From: Antedon mediterranea | Taxonomy: Eukaryota > Animalia > Echinodermata | Direction of reading: 5' to 3' | Length of the DNA: 64,000 bases | Assembly: GCF_964355755.1 (NCBI RefSeq) | Contig: NC_092675.1 | Coordinates: 21,672,912 to 21,736,911 of the forward strand | Part shown: in pieces, positions 26,168 to 39,573 of the stretch | Layout of the letters: each line of letters opens with the position of its first letter | Numbering within the stretch: the first letter of the stretch is position 1 | The notes under the pieces: generated by a model | Database searches by the model: none | The model's input: the letters and a program-made list of their open reading frames with translations, nothing else | What the model was told of the DNA's origin: nothing | Made by a program: the position numbers and the translations under genes

Positions 26168-26772
26168 AGACACCTTCCCTACAATTTGTGACGTTTTTTA
26201 AAAATAATACATATTATATATTACTTTAAAAACATTAAACCAGATCATTCCTTGTCTTAAATGTACGTTTTATGGTAAATTATGATAAAAAGTGAGAAAC
26301 AATGCACTACCAAATAGCTCGCGGCAACTGACCTATCGTGGACGGTCTTTAGGCCTAGCCTAGCTAGGCTTAGTTTTGTAGGCATAGCTGGCAAACATCG
26401 GTAACAAACGAACAACCTAGCCTGACGTTGTATAGTTGCTGCAATAATTGTCTTTCTATTTTTGCCAGACTCCGTTGATACAAATTGGGGAAAACCCGGT
26501 ATTTTCGCTGAAAAGTTAGGAGTCTTCCATTTCTTTTGGCCTCACGATCGATGAAAAAGTGGGTGAATTACAGAAGAAAAACATAAATATCAATCCGCGC
26601 GCAATGCATTTTGGGATTTATAGCGGGCCGCTATAATTATTATAATCGACTTATTTTTCACATTTTTAACCATTTAAAGATGAAAAAAGTTATCGCAATA
26701 GGACCATATACTATTACATTAAATATAGTTTGTGATCTTAAAATAGATCTAAAAAACGTAGGGAAGGTGTCT
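26168..26772. mobile_element. Kolobok-like non-autonomous DNA transposon
   Basis: Perfect 15-bp TIRs AGACACCTTCCCTAC / GTAGGGAAGGTGTCT, TTAA on both sides (26164-67, 26773-76). Purine-purine termini favour Kolobok over piggyBac. Confidence 0.8.
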
Positions 26773-27357
26773 TTAAGAAATATAATTATTAATTTGTGTT
26801 GATTTTATATGTATACACTTTAATTTTATTAAGCAGTGGTATATTTTCTATAAATTATTTATACAGTAGGCCCTAGAATACAGTTACTAAATTATAATAC
26901 AGTAAGTACCTGGAATATTGTACAATACTGATTGTAAATTTAGAGTGAATATTTTATTTTTAATTACGGCCATAAACTGTTGAGTGTGGTGTACAACATT
27001 GTAATGTTTTGTTGACACTGTTAATAAACCAATTTATATAGCGAGTGTGTACAGTTCAGGGCTTCATGATGGCGCTATGCATATTATATTGATGCCATTT
27101 TTTTATTAAATCTACAGAAATGACTGTATGAACTATTTCAGGAATTATGAGATTGCGATGAACATTATGACCTGATGTTTTGCTCGATAGCACTAAAAAT
27201 CTACGCTGGTCGACTATGGATGATATTGGACGATCAAATTCAATTGTGTATTTCAGCCTTTATCTTTATAATTAAAATAACAGTATATTATTATGAATAA
27301 TCAGTTTCAATAGTAGAATGAATAGGCTTTCATAAAGTCTATAGTCAAATTAGGAAT

Positions 27358-27532
27358 TGCGCCCTCTCTCCACCAGCCAGTAACTTTTTTTAAATTATTC
27401 CATATAGCACCCTCTATAATTTTGATGGAAAATATACTGTAATAATATCAATAGCACCCTCTACAGGTACAATTTTAGAAACTAAAGTGGAAAATTGAAA
27501 TTGAAGATTTTTACAAAGCCTGCCCTCTAATG
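27358..27532 (-). promoter_or_regulatory. Cluster of four co-oriented CTCF-like motifs
   Basis: GCGCCCTCT (27359), AGCACCCTCTA (27406), AGCACCCTCTACAGG (27453), TGCCCTCTA (27521), all the reverse complement of the AGAGGG(C/T)(G/A) core, within AT-rich DNA. Confidence 0.4.
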
Positions 27533-28326
27533 ATACTCTGAAATATATCGTTTTATATTCGTATATTCTTTTTTTTTCTAAACTGGTTACAAGTTAATAA
27601 ATATTAATATTAAAATTAAATACATTTAATTTCATTGAAAATAATTGACAAGACAAGACAAAATTGTTCAATTCAATAATAAAATAAATTTGTTTTAGAA
27701 TAGACAATTAGACTGTACCGTCTATTGAAATTAATTTTTTTCATTAAATTATGGATGCATAACATCATATTTCCTATATAAAGTATATAGAATCAGGCAC
27801 AGAACGGTGATATACTGAAAATTAATCAATTAACTTCAGAAAATATGAGAAAATCTGAAAGAATTAAACTTGGATCATTCTGCATCATATATATGCAAAA
27901 TGTCCTAAAAATCTACTGTAAACGAATAACTAATTTTGAAAATTCAGGCAATCTTTACAATAAGCTTAAATATTTATTTCATTTTGAACTGTTTTTTAGT
28001 ATGATAGATTTGTGAAGGTCGTTTGAAGGTGATATTTTATTGACATGAGAAGAAGGGTGGTTTTATGAAAGGAAGTGGTAGGCCTACGTTTGATGTAATA
28101 TCCTGATAAAACAGGAAGATGGTATATTCTATAAACACACCATACACAACAACTTTGTGTTCATATATAGAATAATAATCACACATTACACATTATCAGA
28201 TTTTATACAAAAATACAGTTTATTAATAAATCGGTACATCACTTGGATTTGGAATCTACTACTTTTGGATTATTTTAACAATTTCTTAATTTATATACAT
28301 TTTTTAATTTCAATTGGATTTACGTC

Positions 28327-28391
28327 ATGGCACAGAGGCTTATAAGAAGGGTAACATTAAATTTAGGCAGAAACAAACGAAGATCAAAATC
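28327..28391 (+). CDS. Candidate alternative first coding exon of MELK (MAQRLIRRVTLNLGRNKRRSK+S)
   Basis: gtcATGG start, 21 open codons + 2 nt, donor TC|GTAAGT in phase 2 matching acceptor 55564. About 190 nt of ATG-free leader back to TATAAA at 28130. Confidence 0.55.
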
Positions 28392-28817
28392 GTAAGTAAA
28401 GTCATAGGTTTTGGTTGGTCAGCTCAACGTCGTAATAAACATTAGATTGTGATTTAATTAGTTGATTCGTGTTGTTCCGATATATTTAATTTAAGAAAAT
28501 ATAGTAGAATGGAATAAAAGATTGAACCTGGCATATATTGTGTTCAGTCAAGATATAAGCAAGAAAAGGCATGAAAAGTAGGGGTGTAAAGTGACTATTT
28601 ATAAATTAAAAAAGTGTGTGGGGTGTAAGGAACTGTTTTGGTGTTTAATGCCAATAAACGCAATACATGTTTGTATTGGATCACTATAGGTTATGAATGC
28701 ACAATAATCCTCAGTACAGTTAACTGGCTGTACTAGAGAGAACTTTTGATCGGCTGTTCTGCATTTGTGGGTTTAACAAGGACCTGGCCTGAAGTCACAT
28801 AATACCAGTTTACCACG

Positions 28818-28990
28818 GTCGAGTGGTCGAGCAGTTAAGGCAGAGATGCTGCAAACCATAGCTATACAATCGGCACAGGTTCAAGACACTCCTCGACTAT
28901 TGTTCTGGTCTTCTAGGATAAGGACTTAATTAAAACTGGAAAACACATCTGGAAAACACATCTGGCTTGTGTGCACTTCAGAATCCAGTA
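28818..28990 (+). mobile_element. Decayed tRNA-derived SINE (Meta-domain-like body)
   Basis: GTGGTCGAGCAGTTAAGGC A-box-like, GGTTCAAGAC B-box-like, then GGTCTTCTAGGATAAGGAC...TGCACTTCAGAATCC. Confidence 0.5.
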
Positions 28991-31924
28991 CATCTTTTGG
29001 AAGATTAGGTGTACTGGTCCATTCGGCCCCTGTCGTTGTGAACAGACAAACAGGCATGGTGGCAGCACTCGACATGGACCCTCAGGAGAGAACAAGTTGT
29101 GGTTTGTGTCATCCACACCTGTGCACAATTCAGCAGGTTATTCCTCATTTACATTTGACACAGTTAAGGTCTAATTTTAATAGTTTTCTTTTATCACACA
29201 TTGTTGGCCCTGCCCAGCTTATGTCCCATCCAAAGAACACAAAAAAGAGGCTTGTCTCATCTTCGTTTAAGTTTGATTTTATGTCATTACGCTCACTTAA
29301 TGCGGTGACTGGTGTGTATATCTGTTTCATGATCAGTTCAGAGGTATATAATGTAGGCATATGTAGTTGTATATCAAAATTTGTTTACATTATTTTTATC
29401 AAATTGGCAAAAATCTTTTAAATAGTGAAGTAGTTCAAACTGGTGGTATCTTGTTTTTTCGATGCAAAACCTTTAAGAAATGTGAATTACTAGACAAAAT
29501 CTCTTGCTAAATTTGATCTGTCTCCTGAGTGATTTATCTCTGATCATCTGGCATGCACAAATCCCTGCAACACAGATGACATATTACACATTTATTGTTT
29601 TGTTGAAAATTACATAGGCATATATCCCCTGGGTTTAGCAATGTTTTCATTTTCTTTCAATATGTACAGTGCTGATTAAGTCATCAATAATATGAGTCTT
29701 CAGTATGACGTTAGTGACGTAGGAGCCTGGGTTACCAGTGTTTGGAAGTTGAGAATCTGTAAACAATTTTTTTTTAGTTGAAGACATGCAACCATTTTTG
29801 TTACTTTGTTGGAACTATGTATTAGGCTTTTTTTATTTTATTATCGATGTGCAAAATTTGTAGAAATAGAATTTGTTATTGATGATTATTTACAGTTTCT
29901 TATTTAAAGTAACATTTTGTAGAGGAAAATTCATGTGTATGTGATGTGATGAGTACATATTGCCAATACATAATCTACTAATAATGTTACACTATGATAA
30001 TCTCCACAAACGCATGCTAACGTTTAAAATAGATTTTGGAAATTGTTTACTGTTGAAATATGAATAGACACTTCAATAAACGCTGACACCTGAACTAACA
30101 GGAGTAAACAATTAAATAAAATGCATTGATTTTGAAAGATTTATTTGTTATGTAATCTGTACCTCTTGTCTATGACGTGTACAGTGTGACGTAATATCTC
30201 TGAAAATTATTATACTGTTGATAACAATGATTTTTTTTGATAGATGATAGGATCTACTAAGATTATCGGGGTACGACAAAAAATGGTAAACTTTTCAATA
30301 TAAGTTGTGCTTTAATTTTATTTTTCTCTTGTGGTACTGTAGTTTCACCCTTGAACATAAAAAAATATTTTTTTAACATTTTGTGATATAAACTTTTTCT
30401 AGGAAAAAACATGAATTTCTCTTTAAATGGTCAAATACAGAAATTCGTAAAAAAATCAACAACATTCTCATCACACCTTTTTTATTTTTTAAATGCCATT
30501 TAAAACATTTGTTTGAAAAAGAAAGGGAATGTTTAAACAGGGTAATTAAAAATATCACCTTGTCACTTGTTTTAAAATAAAAATTGTGTATATTTAAAAG
30601 AAAAATACCGCAAATTATGAAACATATTATGAAACATATAGTGAAAAATATACTGTAGTTCTATAATTATTGGAAAGTACTGTATGATCAATAAAAATTG
30701 CCTGCACCTGGCCTTTTAGGTCATCTGAAAGATTATTAGTAAGTTAAACGATCTCAGATTAATCAAAAGGAACAAACACAAATTATTGCTAAACATCAAA
30801 TCAAATAATTACTTGCATTTCTGAGAAATCTATAAAAAGTTCCTTCAATAAATCAGTCGACTCCGCCTATTTGTTGTGTTTTCTTTCTTTTTTTAATAAG
30901 TGAATTGGGAACTGGGGTTGGGTAAGGGAGAATTAATTCTTGAATGAAAAAGATAATTTTACAAAATAGATATAAATTAACAGGCACAGCACAAATTCAA
31001 AACCGTCTTGTGATATACTGAATATTAATTTATTTGAAATGATAAAGATGAGGAAATCTGAGAGAATGAGAAAAATCCGTCCAAACCTTCTGCTTGATAT
31101 GCAGATGTTATCCATAGACCACGGGGCTATCATTGTTTAAATCCGATTGGATTGGACTCTTTTAACACCCCCTATAATATTTATTATTTAACACCACCTA
31201 TAATATAATATATAATACACAATAGCATGAAATATAATAAAATGTAAAATTAACTTAACTCCTGCTGAAAAGTAGTCGTTCTCTAAAATAAATTGTGGAT
31301 AGATTTGTTACTGTATAAAACATTATTGTTTGTAGTGTTTATCAGTAAATTAATACAAAAAACTTAATTTGTGTTTGTATTAAAGGTTGTGATGATTGCG
31401 GAATCATGGTTTATATATGTTGGATTACAATTATCTTCCAATGATGAATATGCCTGACGTTTATTGAAGTACAATTATGTTCTTGTTGGCATTTTGAATA
31501 CAATATATCGATCTTACATATTACATAATTATAGTATCAGTAGTACATTTTGACTTAACTTTATTCGGAACTCGTACATCAAACTACAAATTCAACACTA
31601 AATACAATAAAAATACATAATTTTGAAGGACAAAAAAAGTAAAAACGTAGTCCTAATTGTGTATCTCACAAGATACAAGATCTGATTGATTTTCCTTAAA
31701 GAGAGTCCCTCATATAAGATCGTGTTTACTAAAACTCGCAACTTTAATACAAACAAAATAATGCAGGTCCAACCCCCTGAACTTTAGTATCAGTAAACCA
31801 CAGCGTAAAAAGTGCCAAATGATAGTTGAATACCCAAAAAATATTTGATTAATTTAAATTCACATCATTTTGTCCCAACAACATTTTAAAAGCTGTCTGC
31901 ACTCAATTTTTTTACAAGTAAAAC

Positions 31925-32445
31925 CTAGTGTTATTTCATTCTTCTCTACAATCTGGTTTATTTAACTGTTTAAGTCAAAAAGATTATGCATTATTAAATA
32001 AAATAAACAGATGGGCGTGTAGGATTACTGCAATGACCATAGATGATATGACATCTACCTATGAAAATATTATGATCTCTATGGTAAAGCGTGTCCTATC
32101 ACAACCTTCTCATGCCCTCTTCAAAGAATACAATTTTCTCCCATCATTAATCCGACTTCAATCCCACCGTGTGCGAACAACCCGTTTAATATTCCAAATC
32201 ATTTATTCCTAAGTCAGTTACAGTTTTCAACAACACCGTTACTACATAATTTGGTTCTGTTTAAGTAATTTATATATAATGTGTATAATGTTTTTGTGCA
32301 ATTTTGTATAGTACTTGTGTATTATGTTCTTATATATTTATTCGTTCTTTTTAAATAGTGTACAAAAAACGAATTTCCGATGTTTTATTGGACCTAATTA
32401 ATGCTGTGAGAGCAGCGCATTATTTATTATTATTATTATTGTAAA
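31925..32445 (+). mobile_element. 5'-truncated LINE (Rex1/Babar or L2 group) ORF2 C-terminus and 3'UTR
   Basis: ORF 31928-32212 RVLSQPSHALFKEYNFLPSLIRLQSHRVRTTRL and, after a frameshift, KSFIPKSVTVFN match the family motif IL.DPSHPL...F.LLPSGRR.RS...RT.R..NSF.P; (TTA)n tail near 32420-32440. Confidence 0.75.
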
Positions 32446-33967
32446 GAATAAAAACTTTCTGAAAATGTATATTGTATGTAATGTATGGAACGCCACAAAT
32501 GCCTTAATTAATAGTGTAGTATGAAATACCTATTTTTAAGAACCTGATCTGTATACTCTGTTTAATCAATTTTGTCACCCATACAACTTAGAATATATAT
32601 GAAATTATTCAATGAAAACATCTGTCCTATACTTTACTACTGTAGTAGAAGGCGATTGGGCAAAGAAAGCTTATTTTCTAGTATTCTATATAAAAAGACC
32701 TTTATTAACATAAAGAATACAAGTTATATAATAAGTGATCCCTGTGGTATTTTGAATTGTACTATTTTTGACTGCTTATAGAATATTAGTGTAAAATGCC
32801 CTTTCATTAAAGAGCTTTAGTGTTGAACGGTAATAAATCATAATCATGTATTGTAAAAGTGCATTTCTCTTTACAAAATGTTATTGATTTTATTATTGCA
32901 TTTATTTTCCTTGAAATCAAAGACACGGGTCAAATTGAATTCAATTTACTAGAATAACATTGTCAGTTATTTGATTATTGTCCCCAGAAAAACATAAAAT
33001 ATTCAATAATTGTAAGTTACCCATTTGTACGTTCATAATTATACAAAATATATGAAACATATTTATTATAATTAAAAAGTTTCTGATAGCATACAGCTTG
33101 TGTACATCATGTGGATTGTATATGATACATATATTATGTTACGCTTGCTAATATCTTTGTCGCTTAGCTTTGATTACTGAATCCTAGACCATTCCTTTTA
33201 AAATATTATTACTGTATATATTGAGTGAGTATAAATCCCACTCCCTATACTTCCTATTCAAACCCCCTTGGGCTAGACACACACCATATACAGTATAAAT
33301 TAGGGGTAAAAGAAGATTCTGTTTCTTCTACCAAAATCTCTGTAGTTCATTTTGGTTTGTTAGTCAGTTTGTTTTGTATGCTTCTTAAGCTTCGTAAACG
33401 TGGCAATTAATCAAGAAGAAATACTTACAGGTACCCGGTTATTTTCTTTACATTTGATATTTCAAATAGGAAGTTCTAAAATACAATAAATCTCCCTCTT
33501 ATACTAGTACTGCATATCTCAATCTCATTATTTGAATAAATGTATATAATTTTTAAAGAAGAAACAGGATTTAAGAAACAAATTTTGTTATTGTTTTTGT
33601 CTATATGGGAACAACAGCTTTCAAATCCATAAAACAGTCTCTTGGCAATGAATTGACATTATAAAATTTTACCATGAATAATTAAAATTTATTATCACGA
33701 TATTGCAGAAACTTAAGAATACACAAAAGGTGAAAGTGCAGTCCCTATTAAGGAGGCACCTAATGGATGGACTTAAAAGTTAAGTTGGCTGTAGTGTATA
33801 TATATTGCCCTCACTCGATTAACTGGAAAGCATCGTTTGAATAGCCAGGTCCCATAGGAGGGTGTTCTGGTAATATTAAATCTTTCTTTTTATCATTATT
33901 TTTTTTTATATATTGAGTTTTAGTTTTACTTACTGTGTTTCATTAGAGCAAACTCCTGTAGAAAATT

Positions 33968-34038
33968 AAGCTTGTTTTCTAGTCGATGTTGAGTTGCGCA
34001 AATCTTCCCAACTCAACGTCAACGGGAAAAGAGGCTTT
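33968..34038. mobile_element. 70-bp hairpin, probable mini-MITE (Harbinger-like)
   Basis: GATGTTGAGTTG / CAACTCAACGTC arms extended by AGCTTGTTTTC / GAAAAGAGGCT; TAA/TTA flanks. Confidence 0.5.
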
Positions 34039-37000
34039 AATTATTATTGGATCAAGATGAATGAATGAATATATCACCAGTATAATTTGAACCCAGGATT
34101 CAAATGGAAACCAGTAATTTTTGGGCCAAAATGAAATATTTTGATAGATAGAAATAATTTATCTGAAATTTAATTAATTGGTTTGATTATCAAAATATAC
34201 ATGAATATGCTGGCACAACTGCGCGTAACTCTATACAATACTTTAGATTGTTGGCGATACTCGACACGCAAAATCAATAATTTTTACTGTAGCACCGCGA
34301 GAAGGGAAAGTGTCATCTGTACTTACCAACAATAATGACTGAACTGCAATTCAACAACAGTATTATAAGTGGGTAGTTCTTTCTGTAATAATTGCTAGAC
34401 TACATGATTATTATTTCATAATTACCATAAAGTAAAATATTGAAATTAAAGTTCATTCATATTGTTCAAAGTGTACTGTATAGCAACGTATGGCCAGTAT
34501 ATTGCTGTGAAAAATCATTCAATTACTATTGTACATTTCCAAGAATGTAATGAAAGGTTGTGTGCTTTAATTCTGTGTGCTGTAATTCTCTTTGATGTTC
34601 GTTTGTGAAATATATCAACCTTCGTGAAATATATCAACGTTCTCGGTTATCTCATGGATGTGTGAGTTTTTTTCATATTCATTTATTTATTTATAAATTG
34701 ATTAAAGTGATATCAAGTGTACATAATTTATGTTTTCAATGTAATTATTTGCTTTTTCTATTATTTTTGTCATTTATTTTAACGTTAATAGTGCCTACCT
34801 GAAGTAAAACCCCTCGTTTGGGACACGCAAATTCAGGAGACATACAAAAAATATGGCTGGGATTTCCATAAAAAAATACTAGGTCTAACAGACAAGGATA
34901 GATTACAACAGAGTTTCATCATATAAAGTTGGATGAAACCTATAATCCAATTGGGATGTTAGATAATGTTATTCCACTATATTACATAGTATAGTCATGG
35001 ACCTATAAACTAATTTTTATGTCCATAGTATAGTACAGCACATCCCGGTGAGATCCTTGATTGCATCCTTGTGAAATCCCAGGTTGATGCACAGAATCCT
35101 TATCCATTTTTTTTTTTTATATAAAACTCTGGCTATGGCTTTTCGAAGAACGAATTTAATGTCTCTGACTCTTAGAGTTGTTCTTTTTTGGATTTAATGG
35201 AATTTGATTTGAATAGAATACTGTAACTTAGTTCCTATACATCCAAGCACTTCTTTCTGACCCAGATTTTTTTTTTTTTTCTTTTAAGTAGCTTTTATTG
35301 AAGTATATTTTAAGCTTCTATGGCCAACTAGTCCAGCTATTAGTAGGTTTTTTTTTTTGTTTTTGGTTTTTTTTTTGCTACCGTTTTTTTTATACATTTT
35401 ATTATATTGGGATAATAGGGGAAAATAAAACTATACCACTGATAAATGAACAGGTTATTGGTCTTATTATTAGGGCCCCCTGATACTACGTTATACAGTA
35501 GCATCTCAGTCTTACGTAGACGCCAAACCATGCTCGTTATTCAGACATGTATTGCGATTCCTTGTTGCAAAAAAAAATGATGATGGGGGTTTTTTGCGGA
35601 TGCTCCCACTTGAGGACATATTTCATGGATTATACAATTTATTAGGAGGGGTTCAATGACTTCTACTTTTCGAGTTATATCTCGCTTTTCGAGAAGAATG
35701 GCAATTGTTGGTTAATATCAAGGTAAGCAAAACTCATAGCCTATACCAACAACACTGTTTCCATCTCTGCACACAAACAATTGAGTGATTTTTACTATTT
35801 TTTTTTTTTTTTTTTGACATTCTGGATTTGTTTTTCTGCTTACAGTTACTTTCCCATTAAAATAATTATTTTTATTTTATAATTAAAAGACAAGTATTTT
35901 ACATCAAGACCCCTAGGGGAGTAAGTCTTTAACCAATCAACAAGCTACAATATACCAGATACTGTACTGTACTATCAGCTTGTGTATATCAAAGTATAAT
36001 AAATGTTCATCCATATGTTGTTATTCCATCTTCTACAACTTTCATTTCAACTACTGTAGATAAATTGTATCCTATAGTTTGTGACACATGTTATCCATCA
36101 TCCTTTTGTGCTTTAAAAGACTGATATATGTATGCGCAAATTATACCTTAATGGGAGTTTTCATAAACCTTTTAATCTCATCTCTGATCACGCAAAGCCA
36201 TTGTATACCAGAATAGCTTTTTTTTAGCAAAACAAGTTGGTTAAATCAGGCAGGATTGTGTTCATTTAAACAGTTTGACACATACAGGTATTCAAGTTTA
36301 ACATGAATACATACAGTACATGTCAACAACACTATATGTAGTAACATTCTCAAATAGAAGTTAATAAAATTACATTTTAGTCAGTTCATTGACATTTAAT
36401 TGTTTAAATATAAATATTTCCTTGTTTGTATTTAGAATATACTGCAAGGATTGATTTACACAATGGATTATACTGGATGATATATTTATTTTTTCATTTC
36501 AACCATATTTAAAAATGGTGGTCCATCCAGCTGAAACTGATCATTATATACAATAATATTTACTGATTAAAATTAATTTAATATACCTTATTTGTATATT
36601 ATAACACTCTTTTTTCATAATGGGGGGGGGGGGGTGGGGTTGGGGGAAGGGATGTCGAGTTAGGCTACTGGTCTACTACTTGCCTCATAATTTTACTTGT
36701 CCACACTACAACACGATTAATCATGATGAGCTTTTGTTGGGATAATATACATACTGTGTGTCCAAATCCTTGTAATAGAAACATGCCGTTACCGTGAGCT
36801 ACAGAGATACACATGGAAGTTGCTAAACAAATAGCATATTTCACCTTTTCTCATTCGTTTCTATTTTCTTTCTTTTTTTCTTCTTTTTTATCCAATCCCC
36901 TCACCCTTTGTTGTTATTATAGACTAGGCATGATCACCCATACCAAAAGTCATAAGGTGCAATTATACATAATATATTCCATTAATAATTATAAAGGCCT

Positions 37001-37572
37001 ACACTTTATTGTCCCAAACAATATACTCTGTGTGAAAAAACCTCGTGCATACTACAAACATCAATATACAGGACTTAAATTATTTATGGATCATTCCTAC
37101 TGTGTATTGACTGTTATTGTTACATACTGAATTATCTGTAACATTGTAAAGAATTTTACAACTTATCCACACCTCACCACACAAGTATTGGTGTAATATT
37201 TGTATATTTGCTACAGAAAATAACATACCGTGTGAATTGTAACATTCATGGCTCCAACATTATTTATTTATAGTTTGCCTGCTGTGTGTTGACGTATGTA
37301 CATTTAGTAATAACTAATAACTAAAAAAAAAAGGCTCATTCCATTTTTCTGAAACTTTTTTCTGAATTATATTTCCTTTATAAACATTGATTAATTCTAG
37401 ATTTGTATTTCTTTTGATTAACGTCCACACCAACCAAGTGTATTGTTTTAGCGTACTACACTAAATGTTGTATCTGTACTGAAATATTAAAGTGTTTCAA
37501 TATATAGCGATGCATATGTAATTCAGCGTTGTGTCCAATTTCCTATGATGACAAGAAGGATCCTGAAAGATG

Positions 37573-37792
37573 AAATTTCCATTGTAATGTTAAGCATAGA
37601 CTTGTTTCTGAACACCTTCGTTTTTTCTATGTTGTTTATAATTTGATCTTGCTATCAGCGTCATTTGTTAATACGCCAAATTTCCATTGTAACGTTAAGC
37701 ATAGACTTGTTTCTGAACACCTTCGTTTTTTCTATGTGGTTTATAATTTGACCTTGCTATCAGCGTCATATGCCAATACGCCATATTCCATT
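37573..37792. repeat. 105-bp tandem duplication (2 diverged copies)
   Basis: AAATTTCCATTGTAA at 37573 and 37678; several substitutions. Confidence 0.9.
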
Positions 37793-38403
37793 GGTGTAAA
37801 CAACCTACAGTAGTAGGCTAATTCCATATGATTTGTGTGGCCCACATGCCGCTTTCTGTAACCTGAACTAGCATCAGAAAACTACATAAATAGGTACAGT
37901 AGATACAGTATGTCGTGCTACTAAATGAGCCTTATATTGCCAGAGTACATGATCACATTGAGAAGACAGGTTGTCTGTCGTTTATTAGTTTTATGCTGTA
38001 CTTACTGTATGTTGGACTAATAATAAATTGAGCCTGATCCATAAACAGAAATAGAAAAAATTTTATAGTTTTCCACTATGCCTATTGATACTATGATAAT
38101 TTGAGGATCATGCAGTTATATCTATTGTCCGTTGTATTGACTGGTGCTTAAATGTAATATATCTTATTTACATAATTCTAATTACAAATTCAATTAATTC
38201 ATCTCTTTAGAAAATATATTGCGCATTTCAGTTAATTTTTCTTTTCAAATAAAAGACAGTTATCCTTGTTTTATCAAATTTAATTCCAATTAAGCCCGCT
38301 CAAGCATTACAAACTACAATTCTATAGATTTTCCTGATAATCCCCAACTGAGTTCAGCCACTTGTATGTGCACCGATCCGCATTATTTGTGATCACATGT
38401 TCA

Positions 38404-38839
38404 AATCTATGATGTCACACAGGTAGGTCACTCAGCCTATTACGTCATAGATAGTGGGTTCACGGTCATTTCATGAACTTTTGGATATGTAATTTAATTT
38501 TTAATAAGAGAACTTGAAGGTATTAAAATGGAAACAACTTTGATATGGTTACTAGGCTGTGTTACCATTCACGTCATGCAGTGTATTTATTAATACAACA
38601 ATTTGGTCAATTGTAATTTAATCTATGATGTCACACAGGTAGGTCACTCAGCCTATTACGTCATAGATAGTGGGTTCACGGTCATTTCATGAACTTTTGG
38701 ATATGTAATTTAATTTTTAATAAGAGAACTTGAAGGTATTAAAATGGAAACAACTTTGATATGGTTACTAGGCTGTGTTACCATTCACGTCATGCAGTGT
38801 ATTTATTAATACAACAATTTGGTCAATTGTAATTTAATC
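38404..38839. repeat. 216-bp tandem duplication, apparently identical copies
   Basis: AATCTATGATGTCACACAGG at 38404 and 38620; AATC microhomology at the junctions. Confidence 0.95.
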
Positions 38840-39095
38840 CAGAGTTAATAGGAATGCATGACATATATAAGAAAATGGCAGAATTCAGGTACATATAAAA
38901 TATATTGTTTATAATATGCATTTTTTTTATATTCTGATTTTTTTTAATTTGATAATTTACATACTGTAGATTCTTTAGGTTCATAGACTGGCAGATAATT
39001 TTTGCACTCTCATATTTTAATGTACATTGCACGGTTGCTTGGATAGCCTGATTCATCTAAAGTGACATTTTCAAATCTAGTTTAGTTCTGTGTAT

Positions 39096-39396
39096 AGAGT
39101 TCTGCGGTGCTGACGTCACGACCGTAGATGGCGCTGCGTGGATGGTAGGTGGCGCTGCATGGTTGCTAGCCAACCAAAAAATGCGTTTAACCTGCCTAAG
39201 TGACTCCTATTTTACCAATTGTTTGGAATATGCTTATTGAAGTAGTCATTTTAAAACTAATTTTCAATAAAAACAAACTAAAAATTCAAAAGATCACTAA
39301 ATATTTGTTTTTAATAATCTATTTATTCTTCAACTGCAGTTTAAGTTTTAAAAAATCAAGCTAAGATACTGTTGTGACGTCAAACCGCAGAACTCT
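39096..39396. mobile_element. MITE, ISL2EU/PIF-like
   Basis: TIRs AGAGTTCTGCGGTGCTGACGTCAC / GTGACGTCAAACCGCAGAACTCT flanked by AT on both sides. Confidence 0.75.
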
Positions 39397-39573
39397 ATTA
39401 TAACTATAATAATTGATTGTGTGCAATATGGCACAATTCAGTTATAAAAACTTACAAATGCATTTTTAAATAATTAATTAAAATTTGCTTAATTTTCTTG
39501 CTTAAATATCAGATTGATTGAAATATAGCAAAATTCAGATATAAAAACTTCCTTTCAAATAAAATTATTTAAA

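Noticed and set aside
28969-29421. 150-aa plus-strand ORF and overlapping ORFs
   Set aside because: Begins in a SINE and runs over decayed repeat-like sequence; no domain and no consistent splice sites.
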